From: Candidatus Pacearchaeota archaeon
GTDB lineage: Archaea > Nanobdellota > Nanobdellia > Pacearchaeales > GW2011-AR1
NCBI GenBank assembly: GCA_041649045.1
Contig: JBAZNV010000001.1
Coordinates: forward strand, 19,756 to 83,755
Direction: 5' to 3'
Length of the DNA: 64,000 bases
In this document: positions 30,553-39,408 of the stretch, one piece after another
How the letters are laid out: each line of letters begins with the position of its first letter
Position numbering within the stretch: the first letter of the stretch is position 1
The notes under the pieces: model-generated
Told to the model about the DNA's origin: nothing
Databases searched by the model: none
What the model saw: the letters and a program-made list of their open reading frames with translations, nothing else
Translations under genes and position numbers: made by a program

Positions 30553-31200
30553 TTACCTCAGTTTCATTGGGTTGTTTAGTTCGTCTTTTGCTCTATTTCC
30601 TGTCAAATTTTCCCATCTTTCTATGATATGTGAGCAAAAATTGGGATCAATCTCTATTAAAAAGCAGTTTCTTTTCTTGTTTTCGCATGCTATTAGTGTT
30701 GAACCGCTACCGCCAAAAACATCAAGTACGTTTTCTTCTTGCCTTGTGCTGTTTATAATAAAGTGTTCTGCTAATTTTGCGGGTTTCTGGGTTGGATGGA
30801 TGTATGTGTTTGTCCCCTGTCCCCTCTGAATTTCTTTTCTTTGTAATAAAAATAAAGCATTGGCTCGTATTGTGAATGATAATCTCTTGTTGGTATTGAG
30901 AAGCCGTTCTTTACCCACATAATAAATGTTGGCCTGTATCCCAGGTTCTTCATACACCAAGGGTATATTTGTTCGATTTGATTTGTTCCGCAGCACATAT
31001 AAACTGCGCCTTTTACGATTCCTGTGTTGATTAAATCGAGCAATGTTGTTATCTGGAAGTTTACATCATTCATTATTCCGCCAAGCATATTTTTACTCCT
31101 TCCGCCTTTTCTTCTTGCTTCTGGTATGTAGTTTACGCTGTATGGCGGGTCTGTCCATCATATCTGCTTTCTGCCCGGAAGAAAGCTTCATTGCAGTTAT
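30553..31200 (-). pseudogene. beta-class (N6A/N4C) DNA methyltransferase disrupted by at least two frameshifts
   Basis: Motifs in three frames: DPPYS (upstream of annotated ATG, preceded by in-frame TGA), IMWVKNG...HSQYEPMLYF (frame A), HPTQKP...DVFGGSGST (frame B); shift within G-run agaggggacaggggac. Confidence 0.65.
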
Positions 31201-31274
31201 CTGCAAATTGAACAATGCAAAAATTGAACAGTAAACGTATAACTTATATGGAAACGTTAATAAAAATAAAAATT

Positions 31275-31775
31275 TTAAAATGGAGTGGTTATTTTTTGCT
31301 CTTTTTCTAATTTAAGTACCCAACTTATTATTTCAATATCTTTTCCAAGTTCGGTTAATATAAAATAGTGGGTCTTTGCTGCGAAATACTCCATTTGTCG
31401 CTTAGCCATTTTTGAACTCCATTCCTTAAATTTATCCATCACAATTTTATTATCTCCTTGTAAGTTGTCTACATTCCAAATATCCATTATCGAAATTTGT
31501 TTCAAAAGTCCTAATTCAATAAGGGAATAAAGATAATTATAAGCAGTGTTCTTTGACATAAATAATTTTGTTACAAATTCACCAATTCTTCCTGGAGAAT
31601 TATTAAGTAAAACTCCATACGTTTTCCTCAGTTTACTTTTCTCTTTTAACATTCTTTTAATTAACTCTTTTTTATAAGAATGACCTTCCATTGTTTCTTT
31701 GATTTCCAACGCAAGTTCTTCAAATGTCCTTGAGCCCTTCTCTCTTTTTTCAATTCTTATGTTTGGCACATCCAT
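31275..31775 (-). CDS. hypothetical protein with putative winged helix (element-encoded regulator/replication protein)
   Basis: Start at internal Met with GGAGG upstream; TAYNYLYSLIELGLLKQ helix. Confidence 0.4.
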   Translation of the reverse strand: MDVPNIRIEKREKGSRTFEELALEIKETMEGHSYKKELIKRMLKEKSKLRKTYGVLLNNSPGRIGEFVTKLFMSKNTAYNYLYSLIELGLLKQISIMDIWNVDNLQGDNKIVMDKFKEWSSKMAKRQMEYFAAKTHYFILTELGKDIEIISWVLKLEKEQKITTPF

Positions 31776-31831
31776 CTTCCTTGCCCTCCTTCTCCATAAT
31801 CTCAATCATCTTTTGCACAAGAGGATTCAGT

Positions 31832-31972
31832 TCACTTCTCTTCATCTCTACTATCCCCCTCTTCAATGAGAAATCTTATTGTGTCGCCTCGAGTTCGTCG
31901 AAATTTTTTTGCTAACCTGTCGAGCTTTTCTCTCGTTGCTGTATCTAACCTGAAATTAAATGTTGTATTCAT
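31832..31972 (-). CDS. ribbon-helix-helix (CopG/Arc family) protein, 46 aa
   Basis: Not in ORF track (below the 60-aa cutoff); MNTTFNFRLDTATREKLDRLAKKFRRTRGDTIRFLIEEGDSRDEEK fits beta-alpha-alpha RHH. Confidence 0.55.
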   Translation of the reverse strand: MNTTFNFRLDTATREKLDRLAKKFRRTRGDTIRFLIEEGDSRDEEK

Positions 31973-32025
31973 AATAATTACAAGGGAATATGGTATTTAC
32001 GGAGTTACAAACAAAAAGTATCTAA

Positions 32026-33243
32026 TTATTCCACCAGGTTAATAATTTGCTTTAGAGAGCTGACCACGTCCTTTCTTTCTCTTAAAAAACTCATCAGAGC
32101 TACTTCGGTGCTTTCAATTCTTGATTTGTTTACTTCAACTATTACCTCTCCTTCAAGTCTTCTGACCTCAAGTTGTTTTTCCATCTCTTGTTGCTTTCTA
32201 AGTAACTCTGCCATCGCCGAGCTTATAACATCAAGCTTTGTTTTCAATTCTTTGTTTTCATTCTCGGTTTTTACAAAATTATCTCCGGCAAGTTTTATTG
32301 TCTCATCATCTATCAATCCATTCATGTCAATATATCTATCTGGCATTTTTGATGATGCTGACCAGCCATATCTGTAAGAAATCTGAAATCTGTTAAGATG
32401 GTTCGCGTAATAAGTCGCTGATCCGTGCCTGAAAGTATGAGGTGAAATCATTCTACTAAGAAATTGTTTACCCATTCTGTTTGTATATTTTCTCAGGGTC
32501 CCGTAATTTATCGTACATAAAAAATCCTCTTCTCCAAATTTATTCATTTGCAGATATTCGTCAATTATTTTCGGATACAGCGGAAGATTTATTGTTCTCG
32601 GTTTAGTTTTTGAAATTCTTATTCTGACTTTGTAAACTCCATTTTCTTTCACGATGTCGCTCCTTTTGATGTTATAAAATTCTTCGATTCTTGCTCCACT
32701 GTCAAATAAAACAGCTAAAATAAATCGGTAAATTAATTTAGACGAATTTTCTATCAATCGGTCGTTCTCTTGTTTGCTCAAACTTCTGACTTCCGGCATT
32801 CTTGTACTTGTGTCGATGTATTGGACGAGTTTGGGATAATTCTCTTTGTCTCCGAGAAGATATTTGTAATATTTTCTGATAAACTTTTTTATTGTAGACT
32901 GCGTTTCCCATGTGTAAGGATTCCCTTTGGAAGATTTTACAATTCCTCTTTCAAGATTTAGAATAAATGTGTTCATATCGTCTTCTGTGACCTTATCGAA
33001 CGGTTTCTTTAACCACTCGCGATCCATATTCAAAAGTATACCAAGCATTCGCTGCAGCCTTCCAGGCTTGATTTTTCTCTTCTGTCCTTTAAGAATTGTC
33101 TTTCCGATTTCTGCGTCGTATAAAAACTGTAAAATCAAATTTCTGTTCTCAGGAATTAATAACCTGGTCGACCCTGATCTTAGTTTTTCCAACGATCGAT
33201 AATATTTATCTGGGTTTTGGAGTCTGACTATTTTGTCGTCCAT
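32026..33243 (-). CDS. int: tyrosine-type site-specific recombinase/integrase
   Basis: C-terminal catalytic residues: R...HTFRHGSAT...RYGW...Y; adjacent to tRNA gene. Confidence 0.8.
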   Translation of the reverse strand: MDDKIVRLQNPDKYYRSLEKLRSGSTRLLIPENRNLILQFLYDAEIGKTILKGQKRKIKPGRLQRMLGILLNMDREWLKKPFDKVTEDDMNTFILNLERGIVKSSKGNPYTWETQSTIKKFIRKYYKYLLGDKENYPKLVQYIDTSTRMPEVRSLSKQENDRLIENSSKLIYRFILAVLFDSGARIEEFYNIKRSDIVKENGVYKVRIRISKTKPRTINLPLYPKIIDEYLQMNKFGEEDFLCTINYGTLRKYTNRMGKQFLSRMISPHTFRHGSATYYANHLNRFQISYRYGWSASSKMPDRYIDMNGLIDDETIKLAGDNFVKTENENKELKTKLDVISSAMAELLRKQQEMEKQLEVRRLEGEVIVEVNKSRIESTEVALMSFLRERKDVVSSLKQIINLVE

Positions 33244-33327
33244 GGAATATTAACGAAAACCTCCGATATAGTTTTTTAGACTTGAAAAGTATCTAAAATG
33301 TTCCGCAAAACAGGGACAGAAACTTCC

Positions 33328-33343
33328 ATAGCCCCTCCAGGAT
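33328..33343 (+). repeat. att-like direct repeat (proximal copy, overlapping tRNA-Gln 3' end)
   Basis: Identical 16-mer to 19452..19467. Confidence 0.6.
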
Positions 33344-33401
33344 TCGAACCTGGGTCACGGGAGTCAGAGTCCCGTATCCTTGACCGCTAGACTAAAGGGC
33401 T
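33329..33401 (-). tRNA. tRNA-Gln (anticodon CUG)
   Basis: Manual fold: acceptor AGCCCUU/AGGGGCU, anticodon stem CGGGA/UCCCG loop CUCUGAC, T-loop GGUUCGAAUCC. Confidence 0.75.
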
Positions 33402-33556
33402 ATAGAAAATTCAGAAAAAGAAAGTTTAAAAGTTTAGTGGACCTTTAAATTCATTTGTAAAATTTTAGAGAAACTTGCTTGCGTGAATGGCAATGATTGT
33501 GAAAATTAGCGCATTCTTTTAAAAAACTTTATAATGTATGTTGGTTTTAATATTTC

Positions 33557-34078
33557 ATGAAAATTCAGGCGACGTTAATTTCTGAAAAGATAAGTTCAAA
33601 TTCAAGGGAGGCTTATGATTTATTCGAGAGCCAGAGGTTTGGTGAGAGAGACGGGGAAAAAGTAGTTTATATGCTTGTCGAGGCATTTTATTTATTTAAG
33701 GATAAGAAAATGGAAGTTATTGATAGCAAGAACAGGGTTTTTTCTGAGAAGGAAATTTTAAAGAAATTTGAAAAGATCGACAAGAAATTTTTGGTCAACT
33801 ATTATGTGTTTAGAGATTTGAGAAAGAAAGGTTATGTTGTAAAAACGGCTTTGAAATTTGGTGCAGAATTCAGGGTCTATGAAAGAGGGGAGAAGGTCGG
33901 TGAAGAGCATTCGAAATGGATTTGTTTCCCTGTTTCCGAGAATAAGACAATGACGTGGCATGATTTTTCTTCTAAAAACAGAGTTGCACATTCGACAAAA
34001 AAGAATCTTCTTATTGCAGTGGTTGATGAAGAAAACGATGTTACTTATTTTGAAATCAAATGGATGAGGGTTGGATAA
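33557..34078 (+). CDS. endA: tRNA-splicing (intron) endonuclease
   Basis: YYVFRDLRKKGYVVKTALKFGAEFRVYERG...HSKWICF catalytic domain. Confidence 0.7.
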   Translation: MKIQATLISEKISSNSREAYDLFESQRFGERDGEKVVYMLVEAFYLFKDKKMEVIDSKNRVFSEKEILKKFEKIDKKFLVNYYVFRDLRKKGYVVKTALKFGAEFRVYERGEKVGEEHSKWICFPVSENKTMTWHDFSSKNRVAHSTKKNLLIAVVDEENDVTYFEIKWMRVG

Positions 34079-34109
34079 AATTTAAAACCTTGATCGTTTT
34101 GTTTTTATC

Positions 34110-35012
34110 ATGATTGATGTCAAAGAAAAAAAAGAAAAAATTATTTCATTTCTTGAGGCTACGGGACCTTCGCTTCCTGTCAGGATTGCGGGAGTTATAC
34201 AAATGGAGGGGATGTTTGCGTCAGCAATTTTGTCTGAACTTTACAACGAAGGGAGAGTAAAGATGAGCAATATGAGGGTCGGTTCTTCCCAATTATTTTT
34301 TTTGCCGGGTCAGGAGAAGCGACTTGAAGAGCATATTGAAAATTTGAAGCCGGTCGAGAAAGAAGCTTACTCTATGATTAAGGATAAAAAAGTTTTGGAT
34401 GATGAGAAGTTGGAGCCTGCGATAAGGGTTGCTTTGTCGAGCATAAAAGATTTCGTTAAAAGTTTTGAGCACGAAGGCAAGTTGATGTGGAAGTATTCGT
34501 TTTTGACGGATGAGGAGTTAAATGAGGTTTTTCATTCGACGAATGAAGAGAGGGAAAATAAAAAGGAAAGTGAAAAGATTGATAAAGAAATGGTCGTGGC
34601 GGAAGAAAAGGCAGTGAAAAAGAAAGAAAAAAAAGTAAAGCCAAAGACGGAGTTTGAAGAGGTTGGTGTTGAGAAAAAAAATGAAGGGATTTTTGACGAG
34701 ATGAATATGGAGTTTTTTAATGAGGTGAAGAATTATCTCGCGAAAAAGGAAGTAAAAATATATGAGGAAATTCAGGTTGACAGGAAAGAGGTTGTTGCTA
34801 AAATTAGTTTTGAGGCCAAGATCGGCAGGTTTAATTTTTTATTGATAGCCAAAAATAAAAAAACAATATCCAAAGAAGAATTGAATATCGTGATGCAGAG
34901 AACGAATTATCATAAGATGCCATGTCTTTTGGTGACGAGGAAAGAACTTTCGAAGTCGGTTCAAAATTTGGTTAAAGATAATAATATGATAAAACTTGAG
35001 TTTTTGGGGTAG
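34110..35012 (+). CDS. hypothetical protein: N-terminal winged helix, Lys/Glu-rich coiled coil, C-terminal globular domain
   Basis: wH-like LPVRIAGVIQMEGMFASAILSELYNEGRV; no confident family. Confidence 0.4.
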   Translation: MIDVKEKKEKIISFLEATGPSLPVRIAGVIQMEGMFASAILSELYNEGRVKMSNMRVGSSQLFFLPGQEKRLEEHIENLKPVEKEAYSMIKDKKVLDDEKLEPAIRVALSSIKDFVKSFEHEGKLMWKYSFLTDEELNEVFHSTNEERENKKESEKIDKEMVVAEEKAVKKKEKKVKPKTEFEEVGVEKKNEGIFDEMNMEFFNEVKNYLAKKEVKIYEEIQVDRKEVVAKISFEAKIGRFNFLLIAKNKKTISKEELNIVMQRTNYHKMPCLLVTRKELSKSVQNLVKDNNMIKLEFLG

Positions 35013-35123
35013 TCTTAAAAGTTTTTGTAAATTTGATATAATTTTTCGAACAATTTATGAAATTTGTGCAAACGCATTTTTGGGAACCATAATGCTTTTA
35101 AACCCAAAATCGTAGTTTAAAAG

Positions 35124-35321
35124 ATGGGAAGAATAAAGTCCAAGTTAATCAAAAGAACAGCGAGGCAGCTTGTTGAAAAAACGCCGGAATCGTTTGATAA
35201 AACATTCGACAAAAATAAAAGATCTCTTGGGGACATACTTGAATCCAAGAAAACAAGGAATAAAATAGCGGGTTATATAACTCGAATAAAGAAGAACACG
35301 AAGAAAATAATTGAAGAATAA
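35124..35321 (+). CDS. rps17e: 30S ribosomal protein S17e
   Basis: MGRIKSKLIKRTARQLVEK...NKIAGYITRIKK. Confidence 0.8.
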   Translation: MGRIKSKLIKRTARQLVEKTPESFDKTFDKNKRSLGDILESKKTRNKIAGYITRIKKNTKKIIEE

Positions 35322-35619
35322 AATGGAGAAAAAAATAGAAGATAATACGATTTTTATTGGAGGAAAGCCTTTTATGAATTATGTGACCGGGGTGGTGGTT
35401 CAGTTTAATACAAAAGATGCGACAAAAGTTATCATTAAATCGAGAGGGAAATTTATTTCAAAAGCCGTTGATGTTGCTGAAGTATCAAAAAGAAAGTTTT
35501 TGAAGGATAAAAATATAGAAGTTGAACATGTAAGCATCGGGAGTGAAGAATTTGAGAACAAGGAAGGACGCATGGTTAATGTTTCTGTTTTGGAAATAGT
35601 TCTTAAGAGAAAAGATTAA
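35311..35619 (+). CDS. albA: DNA/RNA-binding protein Alba
   Basis: NTIFIGGKPFMNYVTGVVVQF...KSRGKFISKAVDVAEV...VSVLEIVLKR. Confidence 0.8.
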   Translation: MKNKMEKKIEDNTIFIGGKPFMNYVTGVVVQFNTKDATKVIIKSRGKFISKAVDVAEVSKRKFLKDKNIEVEHVSIGSEEFENKEGRMVNVSVLEIVLKRKD

Positions 35620-35838
35620 GATTGGATTTCTGGTTGTTTGATATCGATTTGGTATTTTGTTAATTTTATGCCTTGTTTTTCATAGAAGCCGATCTTCCCA
35701 AAATCTTTATAAAGCCGAAATTTTTAAGTAAAGGGTTAGAATACCTGGTATCATCACAATTATTATCACATTCATCTGGTGGTTGTCGAAGACAAACTAA
35801 GGTATAGTTCTAACTTTAACTAAATTAATAAGGAGAAA

Positions 35839-37002
35839 ATGGCAAAGATTAGTCCAACATCGATTAAATATTCGATTATTGCAGATTTCACGGCTGAGGG
35901 TCCGTTTCAAAAACCTGACGTGATTGGTGCTTTATTTGGCCAAACCGAGGGGCTTTTGGGTTCCGATATGGAACTTAGAGAGCTTCAGAAAGAGGGGAAG
36001 ATTGGCCGAATTGAAGTTGATTTAAGCACTGAGGGCGGGAAGACAACAGGAGAAATTATTATTCCATCGGCCTTGGATAAAACAGAGACGACAATAATAG
36101 CTGCGGCTCTTGAAACCATAGATAAGATAGGTCCAACTGATGCGAAAATTTCGATAAGAGAAATTGAGGATGTCAGGGGTTCGAAAAGAGATTATATTAT
36201 GGAAAGAGCAAAGGCATTACTTGCAAACATAAAAAATGAAGGCATGGATTCTATGGAAATAGGGAATGAACTTCGTGAATCTTCGAGGGTTGCGAAAGTT
36301 ATTGATTATGGCGAAGAGGGACTTTCGGCAGGACCAGACGTGGATTCTTCAAATGAAGTAATAGTTGTTGAAGGAAGGGCAGATGTTGTTAATATGTTAA
36401 GAAACGGTATCAAGAATGTAATCGGGATGCAGGGAACTCGTTTCCCTAAAACAATTACAAAGCTTGGCGAGTACAAGGAACTTACGTTATTTGTTGATGG
36501 AGACCGTGGAGGGAAATTGATTGCAAGAAATGTTTGCGACAATGCTAAGATAGTTTATATTGCGCAGGCTCCAGACGGGAAAGAAGTAGAAGAACTTGCC
36601 GGGAAAGAGTTATTGCAGGCGCTTAGGAAAAAAGTTCCTTCAAAAGAATTTTTCAAAAAGTTTGATATTCCAAGCTTTTCGAAAAATGAAACGAGAGAGG
36701 CTCCAGTAAAAGAAGTCAGCGAAAGAAGAAAACTTAATGATTCCGATGTGTCAAAGCTGAGGGAACTTTCTTCGGAGCTTAAGGGGAAGAATGTTTTGGT
36801 TTTGAATGAAAAATTAGAGATAGTTCAAAATGTTCCTTCTTCGAGACTCGGAGGAATTGATCCGCGTGACGCGTTCGTATTAATGATTTCTACTGCGACT
36901 GGTTCCGTTATCGAATCTGCTGAGAAATTAGGTGCGCGAGCGGTTGCTGCAAAAACTTTTAACAGAGTGGAAGGTGCAAATATAGAATTGATTTCATTGT
37001 AA
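35839..37002 (+). CDS. dnaG: archaeal DnaG primase (TOPRIM)
   Basis: N-terminus KPDVIGALFGQTEGLLGSDMELRELQKEGKIGRIEV and TOPRIM VIVVEGRADV...DGDRGG. Confidence 0.8.
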   Translation: MAKISPTSIKYSIIADFTAEGPFQKPDVIGALFGQTEGLLGSDMELRELQKEGKIGRIEVDLSTEGGKTTGEIIIPSALDKTETTIIAAALETIDKIGPTDAKISIREIEDVRGSKRDYIMERAKALLANIKNEGMDSMEIGNELRESSRVAKVIDYGEEGLSAGPDVDSSNEVIVVEGRADVVNMLRNGIKNVIGMQGTRFPKTITKLGEYKELTLFVDGDRGGKLIARNVCDNAKIVYIAQAPDGKEVEELAGKELLQALRKKVPSKEFFKKFDIPSFSKNETREAPVKEVSERRKLNDSDVSKLRELSSELKGKNVLVLNEKLEIVQNVPSSRLGGIDPRDAFVLMISTATGSVIESAEKLGARAVAAKTFNRVEGANIELISL

Positions 37003-37073
37003 AATTACAGGCTCATTGGAGCCTTTTTAATTTTTATTTAAATTTTATTTTTAGAAAACTTTTAAAAGTCTTT

Positions 37074-37586
37074 TTGTTTATTATGCTTATGAAAAAAAGG
37101 GAAGAAAAAAAGAGATTAAGTTCAGGTTTTAGTTTTTTGATTTTGGTCGTGGTTTTGGTTTTGTTGGGATTTTTTTTATGGAGGGCATATTATAGTGAAG
37201 AGAAGTGTATAAATTGGGAATGTTTTAACGCTAACCTTGAGAAATGTGATAGGACAAAGTTTATTGGCGGGACCGAGATGATATTTGAGTATACCATTCT
37301 TGGAAATTCAGAAAAAATGTGTCGAATCGACGTGAAACTTTTGCAGGGAGAGTTGAATAATCAGGATTCTATAAAGCTTGAAGGGAAAAGTATGATTTGC
37401 GAATTGCCTTCTGGGTCTGTTGCGATTCCGGAAAAAAATATAAAAAATTGCCATGGTATATTAAAAGAAGGATTGCAGGAGTTATTTATAATAAAATTAC
37501 ATACGTATATTGTCCAAAATCTTGGGAAGATAAATTTAGAAACGATGAATATCCCCGAAGAGTTGATGAATGGAACAAGGAGGTAA
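37074..37586 (+). CDS. hypothetical membrane-anchored protein
   Basis: N-terminal signal anchor; Cys-containing extracellular part. Confidence 0.4.
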   Translation: MFIMLMKKREEKKRLSSGFSFLILVVVLVLLGFFLWRAYYSEEKCINWECFNANLEKCDRTKFIGGTEMIFEYTILGNSEKMCRIDVKLLQGELNNQDSIKLEGKSMICELPSGSVAIPEKNIKNCHGILKEGLQELFIIKLHTYIVQNLGKINLETMNIPEELMNGTRR

Positions 37587-37608
37587 ATAGTTTGTATCCT
37601 TTTTTGTC

Positions 37609-38388
37609 ATGGCGAAAATAAAATTTGGGCCAGGAGGATTGGGTTCAATAAAAGATGCGATTGTTAATTTGTATGAATATCATCGGCTGGGAATTAATGC
37701 GTGCGAGGTTGAGTTCGTATACCGAGTTTATATAAATAAAGAACAGGCAATTGAAATTGGGAAGACGGCGAAGAATTTAGGGATAGGTCTTTCGGTGCAC
37801 TGTCCGTATTATATAAATTTGAATTCTGCTGATTTTGAAAAAATAGAAGCATCAAAAAAAAGAATTTTAAATTGCTGTGAAATTGGGCACTATCTCGGAG
37901 CAAAAAAAATAGTTTTTCATTCGGGATTTTATGGCAACAGGGATTATGAAGAAACTTACGCAAATATCCACAACGCAATTGTTGAAATAAAAAAAGGAAT
38001 AGAAAAAAATAAATGGGACGTCGAACTTTGTCCCGAAATAATGGGCAAGGCGAATGTCTTTGGCTCAATTGAAGATATACAGAGACTTGTGGTTGAGACG
38101 GGTTGTAGTTTTTGCATAGATTTTGCTCATATTCTTGCAAGGTATGGAGAAAATAAATTTAATGAGGTCGCTAAAGCATTTCCACAGGAAAGTTGGCATT
38201 GCCATTTCTCGGGGATTGTATACGGAGAGAAGGGAGAGAAGAATCATATCAAGACGAGCGAAAAAGAATGGGAGGAGTTGTTGAATTTTTTGAAAACTTT
38301 AGATAAAGATGTTGTGATAATTAATGAAAGTCCGACGCCGGTGGAAGATAGCGTGATGGGCAAGAAAGTTTTTGGGGAATTAGATTAA
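37609..38388 (+). CDS. nfo: endonuclease IV (AP endonuclease family 2)
   Basis: HCPYYINLNS, ELCPEIMGK, CIDFAH motifs. Confidence 0.7.
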   Translation: MAKIKFGPGGLGSIKDAIVNLYEYHRLGINACEVEFVYRVYINKEQAIEIGKTAKNLGIGLSVHCPYYINLNSADFEKIEASKKRILNCCEIGHYLGAKKIVFHSGFYGNRDYEETYANIHNAIVEIKKGIEKNKWDVELCPEIMGKANVFGSIEDIQRLVVETGCSFCIDFAHILARYGENKFNEVAKAFPQESWHCHFSGIVYGEKGEKNHIKTSEKEWEELLNFLKTLDKDVVIINESPTPVEDSVMGKKVFGELD

Positions 38389-38604
38389 TTTTTCGAACTC
38401 CTCTTTTGATAAATTAATTTGTTTTAATATTTCAAGCAAAAGTCCTTTTCCTAAGTCTTCATTATTGTGAACTGGCACAACTGTTCTTCTGCCGTCGGGA
38501 TGCTTGAATCTGATATGACTTCCTTTGCCATAAATTTTTTCAAAACCAATTTTTTCTAATACTTTGCACATCTCTTTTCCAGAAACTTTCTTAAGTTTTG
38601 TCAT
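38380..38604 (-). CDS. hicA: HicA toxin (mRNA interferase)
   Basis: KVLEKIGFEKIYGKGSHIRFKHPDGRRTVVPVH...ILKQ. Confidence 0.75.
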   Translation of the reverse strand: MTKLKKVSGKEMCKVLEKIGFEKIYGKGSHIRFKHPDGRRTVVPVHNNEDLGKGLLLEILKQINLSKEEFEKLI

Positions 38605-38605
38605 T

Positions 38606-38836
38606 TTAATTTTCTCGAGGTTTTTCAACTTGAACTCTTTGAATCCCAACAAATTTCATTGGTTTTACATCTTCTTGATCCGCTTCGAGACAAGTCTCAA
38701 TTGCCTCTTTGATTCTTTCTGTGACTTCTTGCAAAGTTTTTCCTTGAGTGTAGCATCCTTCGATTTCGGGAACTTTCGCTACAAAAATTCCATCTTCGTC
38801 TTCCTGGATTATTACATCAAATGTTTCTTTTCCCAT
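38606..38836 (-). CDS. hicB: HicB antitoxin (N-terminal domain only, 76 aa)
   Basis: FDVIIQEDEDGIFVAKVPEIEGCYTQGKTLQEVTERIKEAIETCLE. Confidence 0.7.
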   Translation of the reverse strand: MGKETFDVIIQEDEDGIFVAKVPEIEGCYTQGKTLQEVTERIKEAIETCLEADQEDVKPMKFVGIQRVQVEKPREN

Positions 38837-39002
38837 ATTGTATCTAACAAAAGATTCTATTTAAAATTATTCATTGTGATTTTGCCTAAGTTGGGAGAAG
38901 AAAGAGATTAATCGTAACTACTTATAAAATACAACAGACGAAAAGTTTAAATAGTTATTTAATTAGTAAAAAAATTATTCAGAGAATATCTTACATTTAG
39001 AA

Positions 39003-39287
39003 TTATTCTCTCCCGTTCTCTTTTTCCAAATCCTCTGCCCGTTCTTTTTCTTCTTCAATCATTCGCTGTCGAACTTCACTGATTTTTTCAAGAATTCTCT
39101 TTGCTTTTTCCGGTTCTTCTCGCAACACATTTAAAACATACAAAACTTTTTTTAAAATATCGTCGTAAGATTCTTTTTTGTGTTCACGAAGTTTCTCAAT
39201 TCTATTTTTTGTTTCTTCGAGAAGTTTTATTGTCGTTATTTTGGAATTATTTTCGGCTGAAAGTTTTGCAGATTTTTTGGCTGCCAT
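39003..39287 (-). CDS. putative ribbon-helix-helix regulator, co-oriented upstream of hicBA
   Basis: ITTIKLLEETKNRIEKL...SYDDILKKVL RHH-like pattern. Confidence 0.4.
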   Translation of the reverse strand: MAAKKSAKLSAENNSKITTIKLLEETKNRIEKLREHKKESYDDILKKVLYVLNVLREEPEKAKRILEKISEVRQRMIEEEKERAEDLEKENGRE

Positions 39288-39408
39288 TATACCTTGTATA
39301 CGTAAGTATACTTTTTAAATCTTTTGTCCTTTCAAAATTACAACAAAGGATAAGATTTAAATAGTTTTGATTTTTAGTACTTTTAACTAAACTTTTTAAA
39401 ATGAAAAA

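Larger units (their letters stand above)
19452..33343. mobile_element. putative integrated element (about 13.9 kb) inserted at 3' end of tRNA-Gln, bounded by 16-bp direct repeats; integrase adjacent to tRNA
   Basis: 16-bp identity atagcccctccaggat at 19452..19467 and 33328..33343 (tRNA 3' end); tyrosine integrase 32026..33243; compositionally heterogeneous cargo including decayed R-M genes. Confidence 0.6.

Noticed and set aside
30771-31088. Treating 30771..31088 and 30553..30996 as two separate genes
   Set aside because: They carry consecutive motifs of one beta-class DNA methyltransferase (DPPY...HPTQKP...FGGSGST) in shifted frames. Annotated as one pseudogene.
35620-35838. Possible C/D-box sRNA between alba and dnaG (GUGAUGA on minus strand)
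   Set aside because: Only a single box-like heptamer, with no properly spaced D/C'/D' boxes or terminal stem
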